DNA of 64,000 bases from Deltaproteobacteria bacterium TL4 (GTDB lineage Bacteria; SAR324; NAC60-12), in NCBI GenBank assembly GCA_051382335.1, contig JBBCAX010000168.1, forward strand, positions 11,915 to 75,914, read 5' to 3'. Under the pieces are notes generated by a model. That model ran no database searches, was not told the DNA's origin, and was given only the letters and a program-made list of their open reading frames with translations. Positions within the stretch are counted from its first letter, which is position 1. Each line of letters starts with the position of its first letter. The translations under genes and the position numbers were made by a program. Of this stretch, positions 49,737-59,061 are shown one piece after another.

Positions 49737-51755
49737 TTATTTTTTTGGAGGAGTGTCTTTGCCTAGTATAGGCAGCATTGCGTTGGTTAGGCCCATACCC
49801 ATGCTGGCTAAGTATAAAAGCAGCGAACTATAAAGGCCAAAACCCAGTAAGAAAATTCCCGATATTCCAAGACCGCTTGGAATTAAAACAGAAGAACGGG
49901 TGTTTTTCATATTCTGATTAAAATTTTCCGTTAAATTCAGGAGTTGAGGCAATTGGGTTAAGCTGTTTTCAGTTAGAATGATATTGGCCGCATCCATCGC
50001 GATAGTAGACGCGCCACTCATAGAGATCGAAACATTGGCCGCTTTTAAAGCGATGGAATCATTCAGACCATCTCCAACAAAACAAACCGATCGGTTTTCT
50101 TTTTGTAACGATCTAATCAACTTGGCTTTATTTTCCGGAAGCATGTTTGCGTAGTAATCGGAAATACCCAATTTATCAGCTAATTGTTTCGTTGGCATCT
50201 CATGATCGCCGGACATAATACAGACAGACAGCCCACGGTCTTTCAAATCTTGAATAACCGCTTTAGTTTCAGGTCTTATGGTGCTGTGAGATTCAATCAT
50301 ACCTGCCAAGATTTGATTGACAGCGACAAAGATAAACGTGTGGTCTTCACCTTCACTATCATGATAGAGTTTCTGAGCTTCAGCGGAAAGTTCGATTTTT
50401 TCATTTTCCATAAATCGGTAGCTTCCGACTCGAATCACTTCCGTGTCCATTTGTGCTTTAACCCCATAACCGACTTCATACTGAATATGCGTCATCTCTG
50501 GAATCTTTAACTGACGTTTTTGGGCTTCCTGTAAAATGGCTTTTCCCAAGGGATGGGTTTGCCTATATTCCGCGGCAGCCGCAAGTTTGAGTAAACTTTC
50601 CTCACTTTGATTCCCCAATGTGTGTATTTTACCAATAACAGGTTCTTCTAAAGTCAACGTCCCCGTTTTATCAAAGATTACCATATCTATGGTGCTCAAC
50701 TGTTCCAGAGAACGTCCATCTTTGATCAAGATCCCTTGCTGAGAGGCCAGCATCAGGAAATTCATAACACCAATGGGTGAGGCAATGCGAATAATCTTTG
50801 AAAAATCACAATAAAATACAGCAACGGCACTTCCAAAGCCCAAGGTCATCCACGCCAATGAACTCAAGCCCATGATAGGCAAGCTCATTTTATTGGCAAC
50901 ATCCAGTCCTTGTGACTCGACAGAGTTCAAATAATCATTCGTACGGCCCAGTATTTCTTCAATTTGAGCGGCAACAGTATCCTGCCCCCGTTGAACTACC
51001 TTAATCTGTAATTTTCCTGACACCACAACGGTTGAAGCAAAAACATCGTCTCCCTGTTCCTTGGAGGAGGGGCCTGATTCTCCTGAGATCATGTATTGGG
51101 CGACCAGTGCTTTGCCTTCATGAACCCGTCCGTCAATAGGAATCATTTCACCGGCATACACCACAACGATATCTCCGACCTCCAGCTTTTCAAAAGGGAT
51201 TTCAATCACTGCCTGATCTTCAGTCATGATAAAAACCGAACGGGGTTGCTGTTCAAACATACCCGCTAATTGTTTTTGAGATTTACTTTCGGTTTGAACC
51301 AATAGTTTTTGCCCCAAAAAATAAAGCCAATTAGCAAACGCACCCACAATGAAGTATCCTGTAGCAAGTGTGCCTATAATGGTAACTGAATCGACAATCC
51401 CCGCATTTTTAAGGGTATGATCGTGAACGATCGCTTGATAGGCATTTTTAAAGGCGGGTATCGCCGCATACAGGATCAAAGGAATGCTCACAAGGCTTAG
51501 CGGTGGTAAAACGATGGAACCCAATAAGGTGAGTCCCACCGCGGCCGTTGATATTTTCAAATAATGATTGGTTTCCTGTTCTCGATCAAGGCCTCCAGGT
51601 TCATAAACAACAGGGTATGAATAGCTCTGGGAATCCTCGAAGGAAGCGTCTTTCCCGGAAGGTTTCACTGAGGATCTAGTCTTATCAGATTTGCTAAAAT
51701 AAGCTTTACCTGCAGCATAAATACAACCGCCAACCAGCATTACTTCAAGGATCAT
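49737..51755 (-). CDS. P1B-type ATPase with non-canonical TM metal site
   Basis: SGES, DKTGT, HP, GDGLNDS; CPC replaced by YCDFSK; no HMA domain. Confidence 0.88.
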   Translation of the reverse strand: MILEVMLVGGCIYAAGKAYFSKSDKTRSSVKPSGKDASFEDSQSYSYPVVYEPGGLDREQETNHYLKISTAAVGLTLLGSIVLPPLSLVSIPLILYAAIPAFKNAYQAIVHDHTLKNAGIVDSVTIIGTLATGYFIVGAFANWLYFLGQKLLVQTESKSQKQLAGMFEQQPRSVFIMTEDQAVIEIPFEKLEVGDIVVVYAGEMIPIDGRVHEGKALVAQYMISGESGPSSKEQGDDVFASTVVVSGKLQIKVVQRGQDTVAAQIEEILGRTNDYLNSVESQGLDVANKMSLPIMGLSSLAWMTLGFGSAVAVFYCDFSKIIRIASPIGVMNFLMLASQQGILIKDGRSLEQLSTIDMVIFDKTGTLTLEEPVIGKIHTLGNQSEESLLKLAAAAEYRQTHPLGKAILQEAQKRQLKIPEMTHIQYEVGYGVKAQMDTEVIRVGSYRFMENEKIELSAEAQKLYHDSEGEDHTFIFVAVNQILAGMIESHSTIRPETKAVIQDLKDRGLSVCIMSGDHEMPTKQLADKLGISDYYANMLPENKAKLIRSLQKENRSVCFVGDGLNDSIALKAANVSISMSGASTIAMDAANIILTENSLTQLPQLLNLTENFNQNMKNTRSSVLIPSGLGISGIFLLGFGLYSSLLLYLASMGMGLTNAMLPILGKDTPPKK

Positions 51756-51925
51756 GATTCATCTTTCGGAAAGGGGTGAATTTGTAGAGTACATCTCCGC
51801 TCATAATAATCATTTTCCATAAAAAAAACAATCTTCTTAAAAGAATTATTGAGATTTCTGGCTTTAAGCTGTAACCTTGCCTTTTGTCGCGCAACGCCTG
51901 TTTGAAAAGTATTTGTGAGGATTTA

Positions 51926-52210
51926 ATGTCAACAGAAACAATCATCACTTGTCAGCATTGTGGTGGAAAAAACAGAAGGTCAAATAATGATGCTCTTGGA
52001 ATCCCGGCCTGTGGACATTGTAAGATGCCTCTTGACGAAATGCCTTTTAAATTGGGAGAAAAACAGAATAAAGAAATGACGCCTTACGCTGCTCCAGACC
52101 TACCTCCCGCTAACGTTAGCAAGGTTAAAAGCAAAACCCTCTTGATTCTCATTGTTGCCTGTGTTGTCCTGTTGGTATTAAATATTATAAAGGCCTTTAT
52201 CTTGACCTGA
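51926..52210 (+). CDS. Zn-ribbon protein with C-terminal membrane anchor
   Basis: IITCQHCGGKNR...CGHCKMPL (thioredoxin-2-type finger), C-terminal TM; GAGG RBS. Confidence 0.65.
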   Translation: MSTETIITCQHCGGKNRRSNNDALGIPACGHCKMPLDEMPFKLGEKQNKEMTPYAAPDLPPANVSKVKSKTLLILIVACVVLLVLNIIKAFILT

Positions 52211-52262
52211 AAAGCAGATTCTAAACCTCCTTAAGGATTCGAACCCCTTTCCAAGATTCGTT

Positions 52263-52661
52263 ATGAAAAAACTCCTTTGTTCTCTATGCGGAATAGGCCT
52301 GTCTTTGGTGGGCAGTTTTGTGAGTGCACAACAAACACCGCCTTCGCTAATGCTTCTATGTGAAGGTCCGCTGATAGCTGTAAAAATGATGCAACCCTTG
52401 ACTTGCTTCCTCGGTGGAAAAGTTCTGAAATCTACGCTTGATGCGGTTACTCAGAATAATTGGAGAGTCGTTTCAATGGATATTATTGAAGCAGACGTTC
52501 CCAAAGCCTACCTTTTACTTCAAAAGCAAGAGAGTCCCATGAAAGCTGTTGAAGAACAGTTGAGTCAAGTCCAAGAAAAACTAAAAGTTTTAGACACCCT
52601 CAACGAAATATTGAAAGAGCATACCGTCCTTTTGAAAAAAATAGAGGTCAACACGGATTAA
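52263..52661 (+). CDS. Hypothetical exported protein with coiled-coil tail
   Basis: Signal peptide ..VSA-QQ; 132 aa. Confidence 0.6.
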   Translation: MKKLLCSLCGIGLSLVGSFVSAQQTPPSLMLLCEGPLIAVKMMQPLTCFLGGKVLKSTLDAVTQNNWRVVSMDIIEADVPKAYLLLQKQESPMKAVEEQLSQVQEKLKVLDTLNEILKEHTVLLKKIEVNTD

Positions 52662-54199
52662 AGTTGATGTTCCAAAGAGAGTTTTTCAAAATGCGCCTCA
52701 ATATTTTTTAAGGCGAAAGGTAATAAGCGAGGGTCGACGTCCTTATAGATTTCAGCCAGGATCTGGTCTTTGGCATATCCCTTTTGATGGAGGTTGAGGA
52801 CTTGCCTTTCTCTCATTTTTCGATGTTCCAGGGTTACTTCCAAGCGGTAGGTACTTCGGGTTGGAATACCATGAGAGGGGATGATGACGGCAGGATTCAT
52901 TTTGATAATTCGGGCTAAGGATTCAAAATATTTTTTCATATTTCCCTCAGGTTGTCCAATCACCACGGTTCCAATGCCCTGGATTAAGTCCCCAACGATA
53001 AACCACTCTTTCGAAACTGGAGCTAAACCCAGTTGTCCCTCATCATGACCGGGAATCTCATGGACGAGGACTTCGTGTCCAAGCCATTTGGTTAACACAT
53101 CACCTTCTTGCGCGTGGTTAACAACGATATTGTTGAAATAGTTTTTGCCCCATTTCTCTATAATCCGCTCATGGGTATCGTTACTGAGCCAAAGAGGAAG
53201 ATTCAATTCTCGGGCTAACCGCGTTGAAAATTCGTGATGATCAGGATGATGATGGGTAATAAAAATACCTGCGATATTAAAGGAGGCGAGTGCTTTTTTC
53301 AATTTGTTATATTCGTCTTCAGTGTAAGGTGAGGGATCAATCAAGTACGCTCCTTCAGACGGGTCCCCAATGATGAAGGCATTGGTCGCTTTTGCGGGAG
53401 GCAGGGTCCGGGACAAGACAGGAAGTTGATAAACCTGATATAGAAATTGAGCACAAATCATCTGTTGTTTCGGATCGTAACCTTTAAACAATTTTTCCAT
53501 GTGAGGGTTCGGGATCCTTTGAGTAAACGCTTCAATGATTTTAATTGCCGGAGGAACCATCAGAAGTTGTCCTTGATGATATTGTTGGAGCAGATTTTGA
53601 GGAAGTTCCCACTCCTGGAATTCGGTTTCATGCGGATCTATCGAGAAGGCAATCGGCTCAGTTAATTCAATTCTAAAAAAATAGGTGTTGAAACGATTAG
53701 GGTTATACTCAGGCGTCACCGCAATTCCAAGATCCACAAAGTCCACAACTTGTTCATTTTTGATGGACGCCTCCAGGTCAAAATTTAATTCCTCCTTAAG
53801 TTCTCGGCACAACGCTCTCATGATGTGGGGAGAGTGATCTTTCAAGAAAGGGAGGTCCAAGGGAGTGTCTGGCTCATTCGCATCAACCTTCCCTCCAGGG
53901 AAAGCATGGTAACCTGGAAAAGCGTTCAGTCTCACGGATCGTCGGATCATAAAAACCTGATCCTTACAGGTAAATACTGCGGTAACGGCGTCTCGTATTA
54001 TTTTTTGTGGCCTCCTCGATCCTGGTTTGTGGAAGGTGCCTTTCAACAGGTCTGATAAAGGAAGATGCTTTAGTGTTTTGAAGAGGGTAAGCGGTTGGTC
54101 ACTTAATAAAAACGCTTTGGATTCTTGGAGCGTTCCTTTACTCCAGTAATTGACTCGAGAAGCTTTCTTTGATAGATGATGAAGTAGGTTGTTGATCAT
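52658..54199 (-). CDS. NUDIX + metallo-beta-lactamase (LACTB2-like) fusion hydrolase
   Basis: FPGGKVD...RELKEE; THHHPDH, PGH, GD, PSHG, C-terminal winged-helix-like tail. Confidence 0.88.
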   Translation of the reverse strand: MINNLLHHLSKKASRVNYWSKGTLQESKAFLLSDQPLTLFKTLKHLPLSDLLKGTFHKPGSRRPQKIIRDAVTAVFTCKDQVFMIRRSVRLNAFPGYHAFPGGKVDANEPDTPLDLPFLKDHSPHIMRALCRELKEELNFDLEASIKNEQVVDFVDLGIAVTPEYNPNRFNTYFFRIELTEPIAFSIDPHETEFQEWELPQNLLQQYHQGQLLMVPPAIKIIEAFTQRIPNPHMEKLFKGYDPKQQMICAQFLYQVYQLPVLSRTLPPAKATNAFIIGDPSEGAYLIDPSPYTEDEYNKLKKALASFNIAGIFITHHHPDHHEFSTRLARELNLPLWLSNDTHERIIEKWGKNYFNNIVVNHAQEGDVLTKWLGHEVLVHEIPGHDEGQLGLAPVSKEWFIVGDLIQGIGTVVIGQPEGNMKKYFESLARIIKMNPAVIIPSHGIPTRSTYRLEVTLEHRKMRERQVLNLHQKGYAKDQILAEIYKDVDPRLLPFALKNIEAHFEKLSLEHQL

Positions 54200-54448
54200 G
54201 ATCGTGATTTAATAATAGAGGTTTGTGAATTCTTGTATAAACTGTGCGGAGCCTGTGAATACTAATCCCTAATTTCGGAAAGTCAATCGCTATGGACAAA
54301 AATCCATTCAACCAAATGTTTTTTAGAGGGGTAGCTTGTGTTGTGATAACACGCTATTGTTATTTCCTGTCAAAAGCATATATATAATTAGTCCGGTGAG
54401 GTATCGTTTTGTTCATAAAGATTAGTCTAAACACGGAAGGTGTTCGTC

Positions 54449-55090
54449 ATGCTTAAACAAAAGGAAATACTGGTTTTGAGCCTCATCATGGTTTTTGCGG
54501 GATGTCTCGGCACTTCTCCTGAAGATGCTTTAAACCGTGCGGCTCGTGATGGGAATTTGGGCAGCCTCACAAGGCTGTTATCTGAAGGCGTTAATATTGA
54601 AGGCAAAGATGATCAAGGGAATAGTCCATTAATCAATGCGGCAGAGCAAGGACATACCGAAATAGTTCATTTTCTGATGACTCATGGCTCGGATGTCAAT
54701 GCGAAAGGCAAGAATGGAATAACGGCCTTACGAGCCGCAATTTATAACAATCATGCCGATGTCATCATGCTGTTAACCAGTGACAGTCGACTTGCAGAAT
54801 CGCCGGAAACCGTTGTCAAAAAAGCAACCAAAACTCTTTCTGATAAAGAAGCCGTGTTGATTGTAAAAGTACACTCAGACACGTTAAAGGGAGCCAAAGT
54901 CTTATCCAATGGTGAGGAAATGGGTTCTATGAAAGGTGAAGACACGCAATCTTTTATAGTAAAGGCCAATACTCCTTATCAATTACAATTGAAAACCGAT
55001 ACTTATCAAACCGATACACAAACGGTAACACTTCGTCCTAAAGAGGAAAAAGAGGTGATTTTCAGAAAAATGATTAAAATCGCTGAGTAA
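54449..55090 (+). CDS. Ankyrin-repeat lipoprotein
   Basis: Lipobox FAGC; GNSPLINAAEQGH, GITALRAAIYNNH. Confidence 0.85.
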   Translation: MLKQKEILVLSLIMVFAGCLGTSPEDALNRAARDGNLGSLTRLLSEGVNIEGKDDQGNSPLINAAEQGHTEIVHFLMTHGSDVNAKGKNGITALRAAIYNNHADVIMLLTSDSRLAESPETVVKKATKTLSDKEAVLIVKVHSDTLKGAKVLSNGEEMGSMKGEDTQSFIVKANTPYQLQLKTDTYQTDTQTVTLRPKEEKEVIFRKMIKIAE

Positions 55091-55094
55091 TGAG

Positions 55095-56435
55095 ATGAGA
55101 AAAGGCATACGACAGAGGGCAAAGGACTTGGCGAGAATTGGTTTAATGGGAGTGTGTTGCCTGGTTCTGACAACACAAAATAGGTATGGAAACGAATTGC
55201 TTCAGTATGCCCCCATACCAGAAGATTTGAAAGAGGTGACAACTTTTACGGATCGATCCGTTGATCTCATTTTGAAATGGTCCAACCTTGAGTATTGGAA
55301 TCTGACCAAAAACTCAAAATTAAAATTTCCAACGGAAGAGTTAGAAAAATATCACCGTTTTACGGTTTCTTATAATCGCATCAGCTCGTTGCGATATCGA
55401 CGGAGCGTCTTGAAACTTCCGAAACAAAAAGGAATTGCCGAGTTGAGTGATTACTTAATGAAAAGTATTTGGTTTAAACGCTATGTGATCCCTGTTACCA
55501 CGCAACCTCTTTATGGATATTCTCCAGAGCAGGCGCTGCGAATTACCATCACCTCTCATACAGCGTCTCACTTTTTTCAAATTCCATATCCAACGATGCT
55601 TTGCTTACTTTTTCAAGAATCAAAATTCGATTTTAATGTCCGAAGCTATACAGGTGCGCTGGGACTTGGACAACTGACCAGTATCGGCGTTGAACAATTT
55701 CAGAAACTGAGAGAAGACCCCCAACACGAAAAACGCCTGCAGGCGGCAGCACAACATTTGCGTCATATTTACAACGATCCTGTGTTAAGAAAAATCTTAA
55801 AACAGTTAGGTCTTACCGAAAAACTGATCGACTTGGGTGATTTCCCCACAGAAGTCGAACAACTACAACCGGACATCAATTCGTTCATAAAAGAGGTCGG
55901 TGAAGAAGTGGTTCTGGATGGAAAAGCCTATGGACTTAACGAAAAATTAATGCGCGCTCTGGTTCAAAGGATTCTACGTGGGGATGTTTTATCAGGGAAA
56001 TACGCGGCGATCCATCCTGCCGTTTACAAGGTTGCGGATCGACGTTACGGAAAGACCTACGGCAGTGTTTTAAACATTGAAACCAACGTTCTTATTACAG
56101 CGATGTTATTACGCTATTATATTCTGTACCCTTGGCGAATCGAAGATGAATGGATTCATTTTCACCCCCCTGTTCAAACCATTATAGCTGTTGCCGCCTA
56201 TAATCAGGGTCAGGGCCCCGTAATCAAGTGGTTGAGTCAACTTAAAAAAGAGTACCCTGATTTTGATCTATCAAAAGGGACCTTGATTGATTACCAACCC
56301 TTTTTTACCACGGAGAGTTTAAAAAAAGTATTATATAATTCCACAGCAAGATCCCGTGAAGCTTTTGAACATGTTTGGAAAATAACAGAGTGCTCTGAAG
56401 ATCTTGCACTTTATCAATTGAAGGCTAAACCGTGA
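55095..56435 (+). CDS. Lytic transglycosylase (SLT)-like protein
   Basis: FQESKF, GALGLGQL, AAYNQG. Confidence 0.7.
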   Translation: MRKGIRQRAKDLARIGLMGVCCLVLTTQNRYGNELLQYAPIPEDLKEVTTFTDRSVDLILKWSNLEYWNLTKNSKLKFPTEELEKYHRFTVSYNRISSLRYRRSVLKLPKQKGIAELSDYLMKSIWFKRYVIPVTTQPLYGYSPEQALRITITSHTASHFFQIPYPTMLCLLFQESKFDFNVRSYTGALGLGQLTSIGVEQFQKLREDPQHEKRLQAAAQHLRHIYNDPVLRKILKQLGLTEKLIDLGDFPTEVEQLQPDINSFIKEVGEEVVLDGKAYGLNEKLMRALVQRILRGDVLSGKYAAIHPAVYKVADRRYGKTYGSVLNIETNVLITAMLLRYYILYPWRIEDEWIHFHPPVQTIIAVAAYNQGQGPVIKWLSQLKKEYPDFDLSKGTLIDYQPFFTTESLKKVLYNSTARSREAFEHVWKITECSEDLALYQLKAKP

Positions 56436-56496
56436 TTTATAACATTCCAGAGGCGCCTGTCATGTTCTCGAGATTTCTCAAAGGAATTTGTGGTTT

Positions 56497-57387
56497 TTAA
56501 TTTTGTTTCTCTGGAACGAGTGCTCCCGGCTGATATTTTTCCAATTCCAGCCAGATCGTGCCCACTTTGACTTCTGCCTGCACTTGAACAAGGGGGCGGT
56601 TTTTATTTTTTGCAATCCAGAGCAACACCTCTCCCTTTTGTTGAAGTTGCTTTCCAAGATAAGTCGTCAGTTTGATTTTATGGGTGTCATAAACGCCAGC
56701 CGGCACCTCGATTTGTTCTTCTGCAAGAGGAAGAGCCTCAAGCCACCAGTTTTTTTCTGAGGTATAAACCAGGGTTCTTGCTTTTTCTCCAACGGTATAA
56801 GATAGGGTTCTCAGGTAAAATAACATCCCTAACGCATCATTTGCACCATAAGAGAGGTTAAATTCGTATTTTTTAACTTTGCCATCTTTTTTATTTACGG
56901 TTTCATAAACCTTACAATTTTGATGATCAAAGACTATCCATTTTTTTTCAATAAAAGGCTTTCCTAAAAACCCCTTTTCATACTGTTCCATTTGAAACTT
57001 TGTGATGCGAAAATCAAAGGGGTTTGAAACGGCTTCCATGAAATCATTGACGGCAAAAATGGGTTCATACCATTTGCCGGATTTGACGGTGCCCAAGAAA
57101 ATCCGCTGCCAAACTCCCTGTTCCAACACGGGTTTTTTAACTTTCAGGATGACATATCCCGCAAATATTCCAGAATAACGCACCTGATAAGTCGCATTCT
57201 CACCCGTTTTAAAAGGAACTTGCTCATAAACAGCTTCAAAAGGAATTTCGGGGTCAGGCGAGTCAGGCAGAGCACAGGTTTCAGAGGGCATGGAAGGCGC
57301 GGCAAAAGTGAGACAGGAGGACGTTATTAGTAAGATCAGGGTTGTTATAGAAAACAGTGAGTCCATCAGTCTCATCGCAACACTCAA
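56497..57387 (-). CDS. DUF3108-like exported beta protein
   Basis: PFKTGENATY.V.Y.GI.AG, D.L..LFYLR, IEVPAGVYDT, LWI. Confidence 0.78.
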   Translation of the reverse strand: MSVAMRLMDSLFSITTLILLITSSCLTFAAPSMPSETCALPDSPDPEIPFEAVYEQVPFKTGENATYQVRYSGIFAGYVILKVKKPVLEQGVWQRIFLGTVKSGKWYEPIFAVNDFMEAVSNPFDFRITKFQMEQYEKGFLGKPFIEKKWIVFDHQNCKVYETVNKKDGKVKKYEFNLSYGANDALGMLFYLRTLSYTVGEKARTLVYTSEKNWWLEALPLAEEQIEVPAGVYDTHKIKLTTYLGKQLQQKGEVLLWIAKNKNRPLVQVQAEVKVGTIWLELEKYQPGALVPEKQN

Positions 57388-57407
57388 TGCTATCGGTTTA
57401 TATTGGT

Positions 57408-57872
57408 TTAAAAGGTTGCGTCGGAGTTACAAACTTCTTTGCAGGATTGTTTTTTATGTCCACAATCCGCCTCAATCAACTGACCATTCCGACATTCACA
57501 TCGTCCTTTTAAACGGGGATCCACAGCATCCGTTTCGGGAATATCCAATGGAATTTTGGGAACCTCAGGGTCACAAACCAAATCCTGACGCCACACATCC
57601 TTCATTTGTGTCGGGCCAGGAATATATCTCGCCGATTTGATGGGTTTAAAAGAAAACCGGCATTCTTGCAAACAATCATTAAATACTTCGTCGCACGCAG
57701 GACCTTTTAAATAAAACTCCACTTCCCTACAATTAGGAAAGCCCCACTTCGGATGCTGTCTTAGACAACTATTGATACAGGGTTCAGGGTTTTCATTTGC
57801 TTCAGCCGTAACGCTATGAAGAAAAAGACCCCCCCCCAAAATCATCTCCAGAATAATAAAATAACGCATCAT
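57408..57872 (-). CDS. Cysteine-rich exported hypothetical protein
   Basis: Signal peptide; 12 Cys in about 130 mature residues. Confidence 0.65.
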   Translation of the reverse strand: MMRYFIILEMILGGGLFLHSVTAEANENPEPCINSCLRQHPKWGFPNCREVEFYLKGPACDEVFNDCLQECRFSFKPIKSARYIPGPTQMKDVWRQDLVCDPEVPKIPLDIPETDAVDPRLKGRCECRNGQLIEADCGHKKQSCKEVCNSDATF

Positions 57873-57885
57873 AATTCCAATGGGT

Positions 57886-58683
57886 TCAAGGCGCCAAGTT
57901 TCTACGCTTTAAAAACTCCAGGCCTAAAGCGTGATAATCTTGTGCTCCACGGCTTCGTGGAGCATAATCAAAAATTGTTTTTCCATGACTGGGACTTTCT
58001 GCCAGGGAGACCGTGGAGTGGATCAGGGTTTCAAAACATTGAGAACCAAAACGCGCTTGCATGGATTCAACGACTTCACAGTGTAACTTTTTTCGTCCGT
58101 CATAAAGCGAGCCGATGAACCCTCCAATTTCGAGTTTCGGATTGATCTTCCGCTTTTTTACTAAATTGGTAACTTCGAGTAACTGACTGATCCCTTTTAA
58201 AGCAAAATATTCCGTTTGATAGGGAATCAAAACTTCATTTGCCGCGGCAAGGGCATTGAGCGACAGCAAACCTAAGGACGGAGGACAATCGATAAAGATA
58301 AAATCATAGTCCTTGTCTATGGGTTCCAGAATTTCAGATAACAGCGATTCTCTACCCATCATCCCTGCCATTTCCAGTTCTGCAGAAGAAAGTTCCAGGT
58401 TTGAGGGAATCACCTGGAGTTTAGGAAGGTTGGTTTCATGAATAACAAACTCCAAAGGATTAGGCTTTTGAAACTCTTTTGTGGGACGCTTCAGCAAGGC
58501 ATTATAGAGGGTCCACTCTAGTTGCTCAGGATTAAATCCAAAATGTGCTGTTAAATTTCCTTGAGGATCCAAATCAATTACTAATGTCGCATAGTCACGT
58601 TCCGCTATTGCCGCAGCAAGATTGGCCGTGACGGTGGTCTTCCCAACTCCTCCCTTTTGGTTGATTACGGCAATAATGGTCAT
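57886..58683 (-). CDS. ParA/Soj-family ATPase (no parB nearby)
   Basis: NQKGGVGKTT, DLDPQGN, IDCPPSLG, LAESPSHG; start at ATG 58683. Confidence 0.92.
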   Translation of the reverse strand: MTIIAVINQKGGVGKTTVTANLAAAIAERDYATLVIDLDPQGNLTAHFGFNPEQLEWTLYNALLKRPTKEFQKPNPLEFVIHETNLPKLQVIPSNLELSSAELEMAGMMGRESLLSEILEPIDKDYDFIFIDCPPSLGLLSLNALAAANEVLIPYQTEYFALKGISQLLEVTNLVKKRKINPKLEIGGFIGSLYDGRKKLHCEVVESMQARFGSQCFETLIHSTVSLAESPSHGKTIFDYAPRSRGAQDYHALGLEFLKRRNLAP

Positions 58684-58945
58684 TGATGATCCTTTCCTCA
58701 AGCTTGATTCATTGAGCTTGTTTTCTTCTTTATGGGGTTGATTCACCGCCGACATTGAAACGGTCTTTATCAAAAGCAATATTCTCTAACGGTGTCTAGA
58801 TGATTTTTGTTTGCAGTGCAAGCGGGAACTGGAGGAAAAGCAAATAATGAATTGTTTGACTGGTGCCCTCAGGCTGCAGTTTGAGTGTGGACAGATAAAT
58901 CGCTTCAGCTAACACAGCCTTGGACAAGGTCATTGACACGTTGAC

Positions 58946-59061
58946 GATCCCGTCTCACCGGATATCTCCGGGCAGCACAGCCGCAGCCTCAAGCGGAAGA
59001 ACTGTGCTGCGGCAAGAATCCGTGTCTGAAACACGCCGAAGAGTTTCACCGGGAGGGGATC
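58946..59061. other. GC-rich multibranched stem-loop element (repeat or structured RNA)
   Basis: Pairs GATCCC/GGGATC, CCGGA/TCCGG, GCAGCACAG/CTGTGCTGC, CCGC/GCGG, CGTGT/ACACG. Confidence 0.4.

Noticed and set aside
57886..58683. Plasmid or prophage partition locus
   Set aside because: No parB, rep or phage genes; surrounded by chromosomal genes
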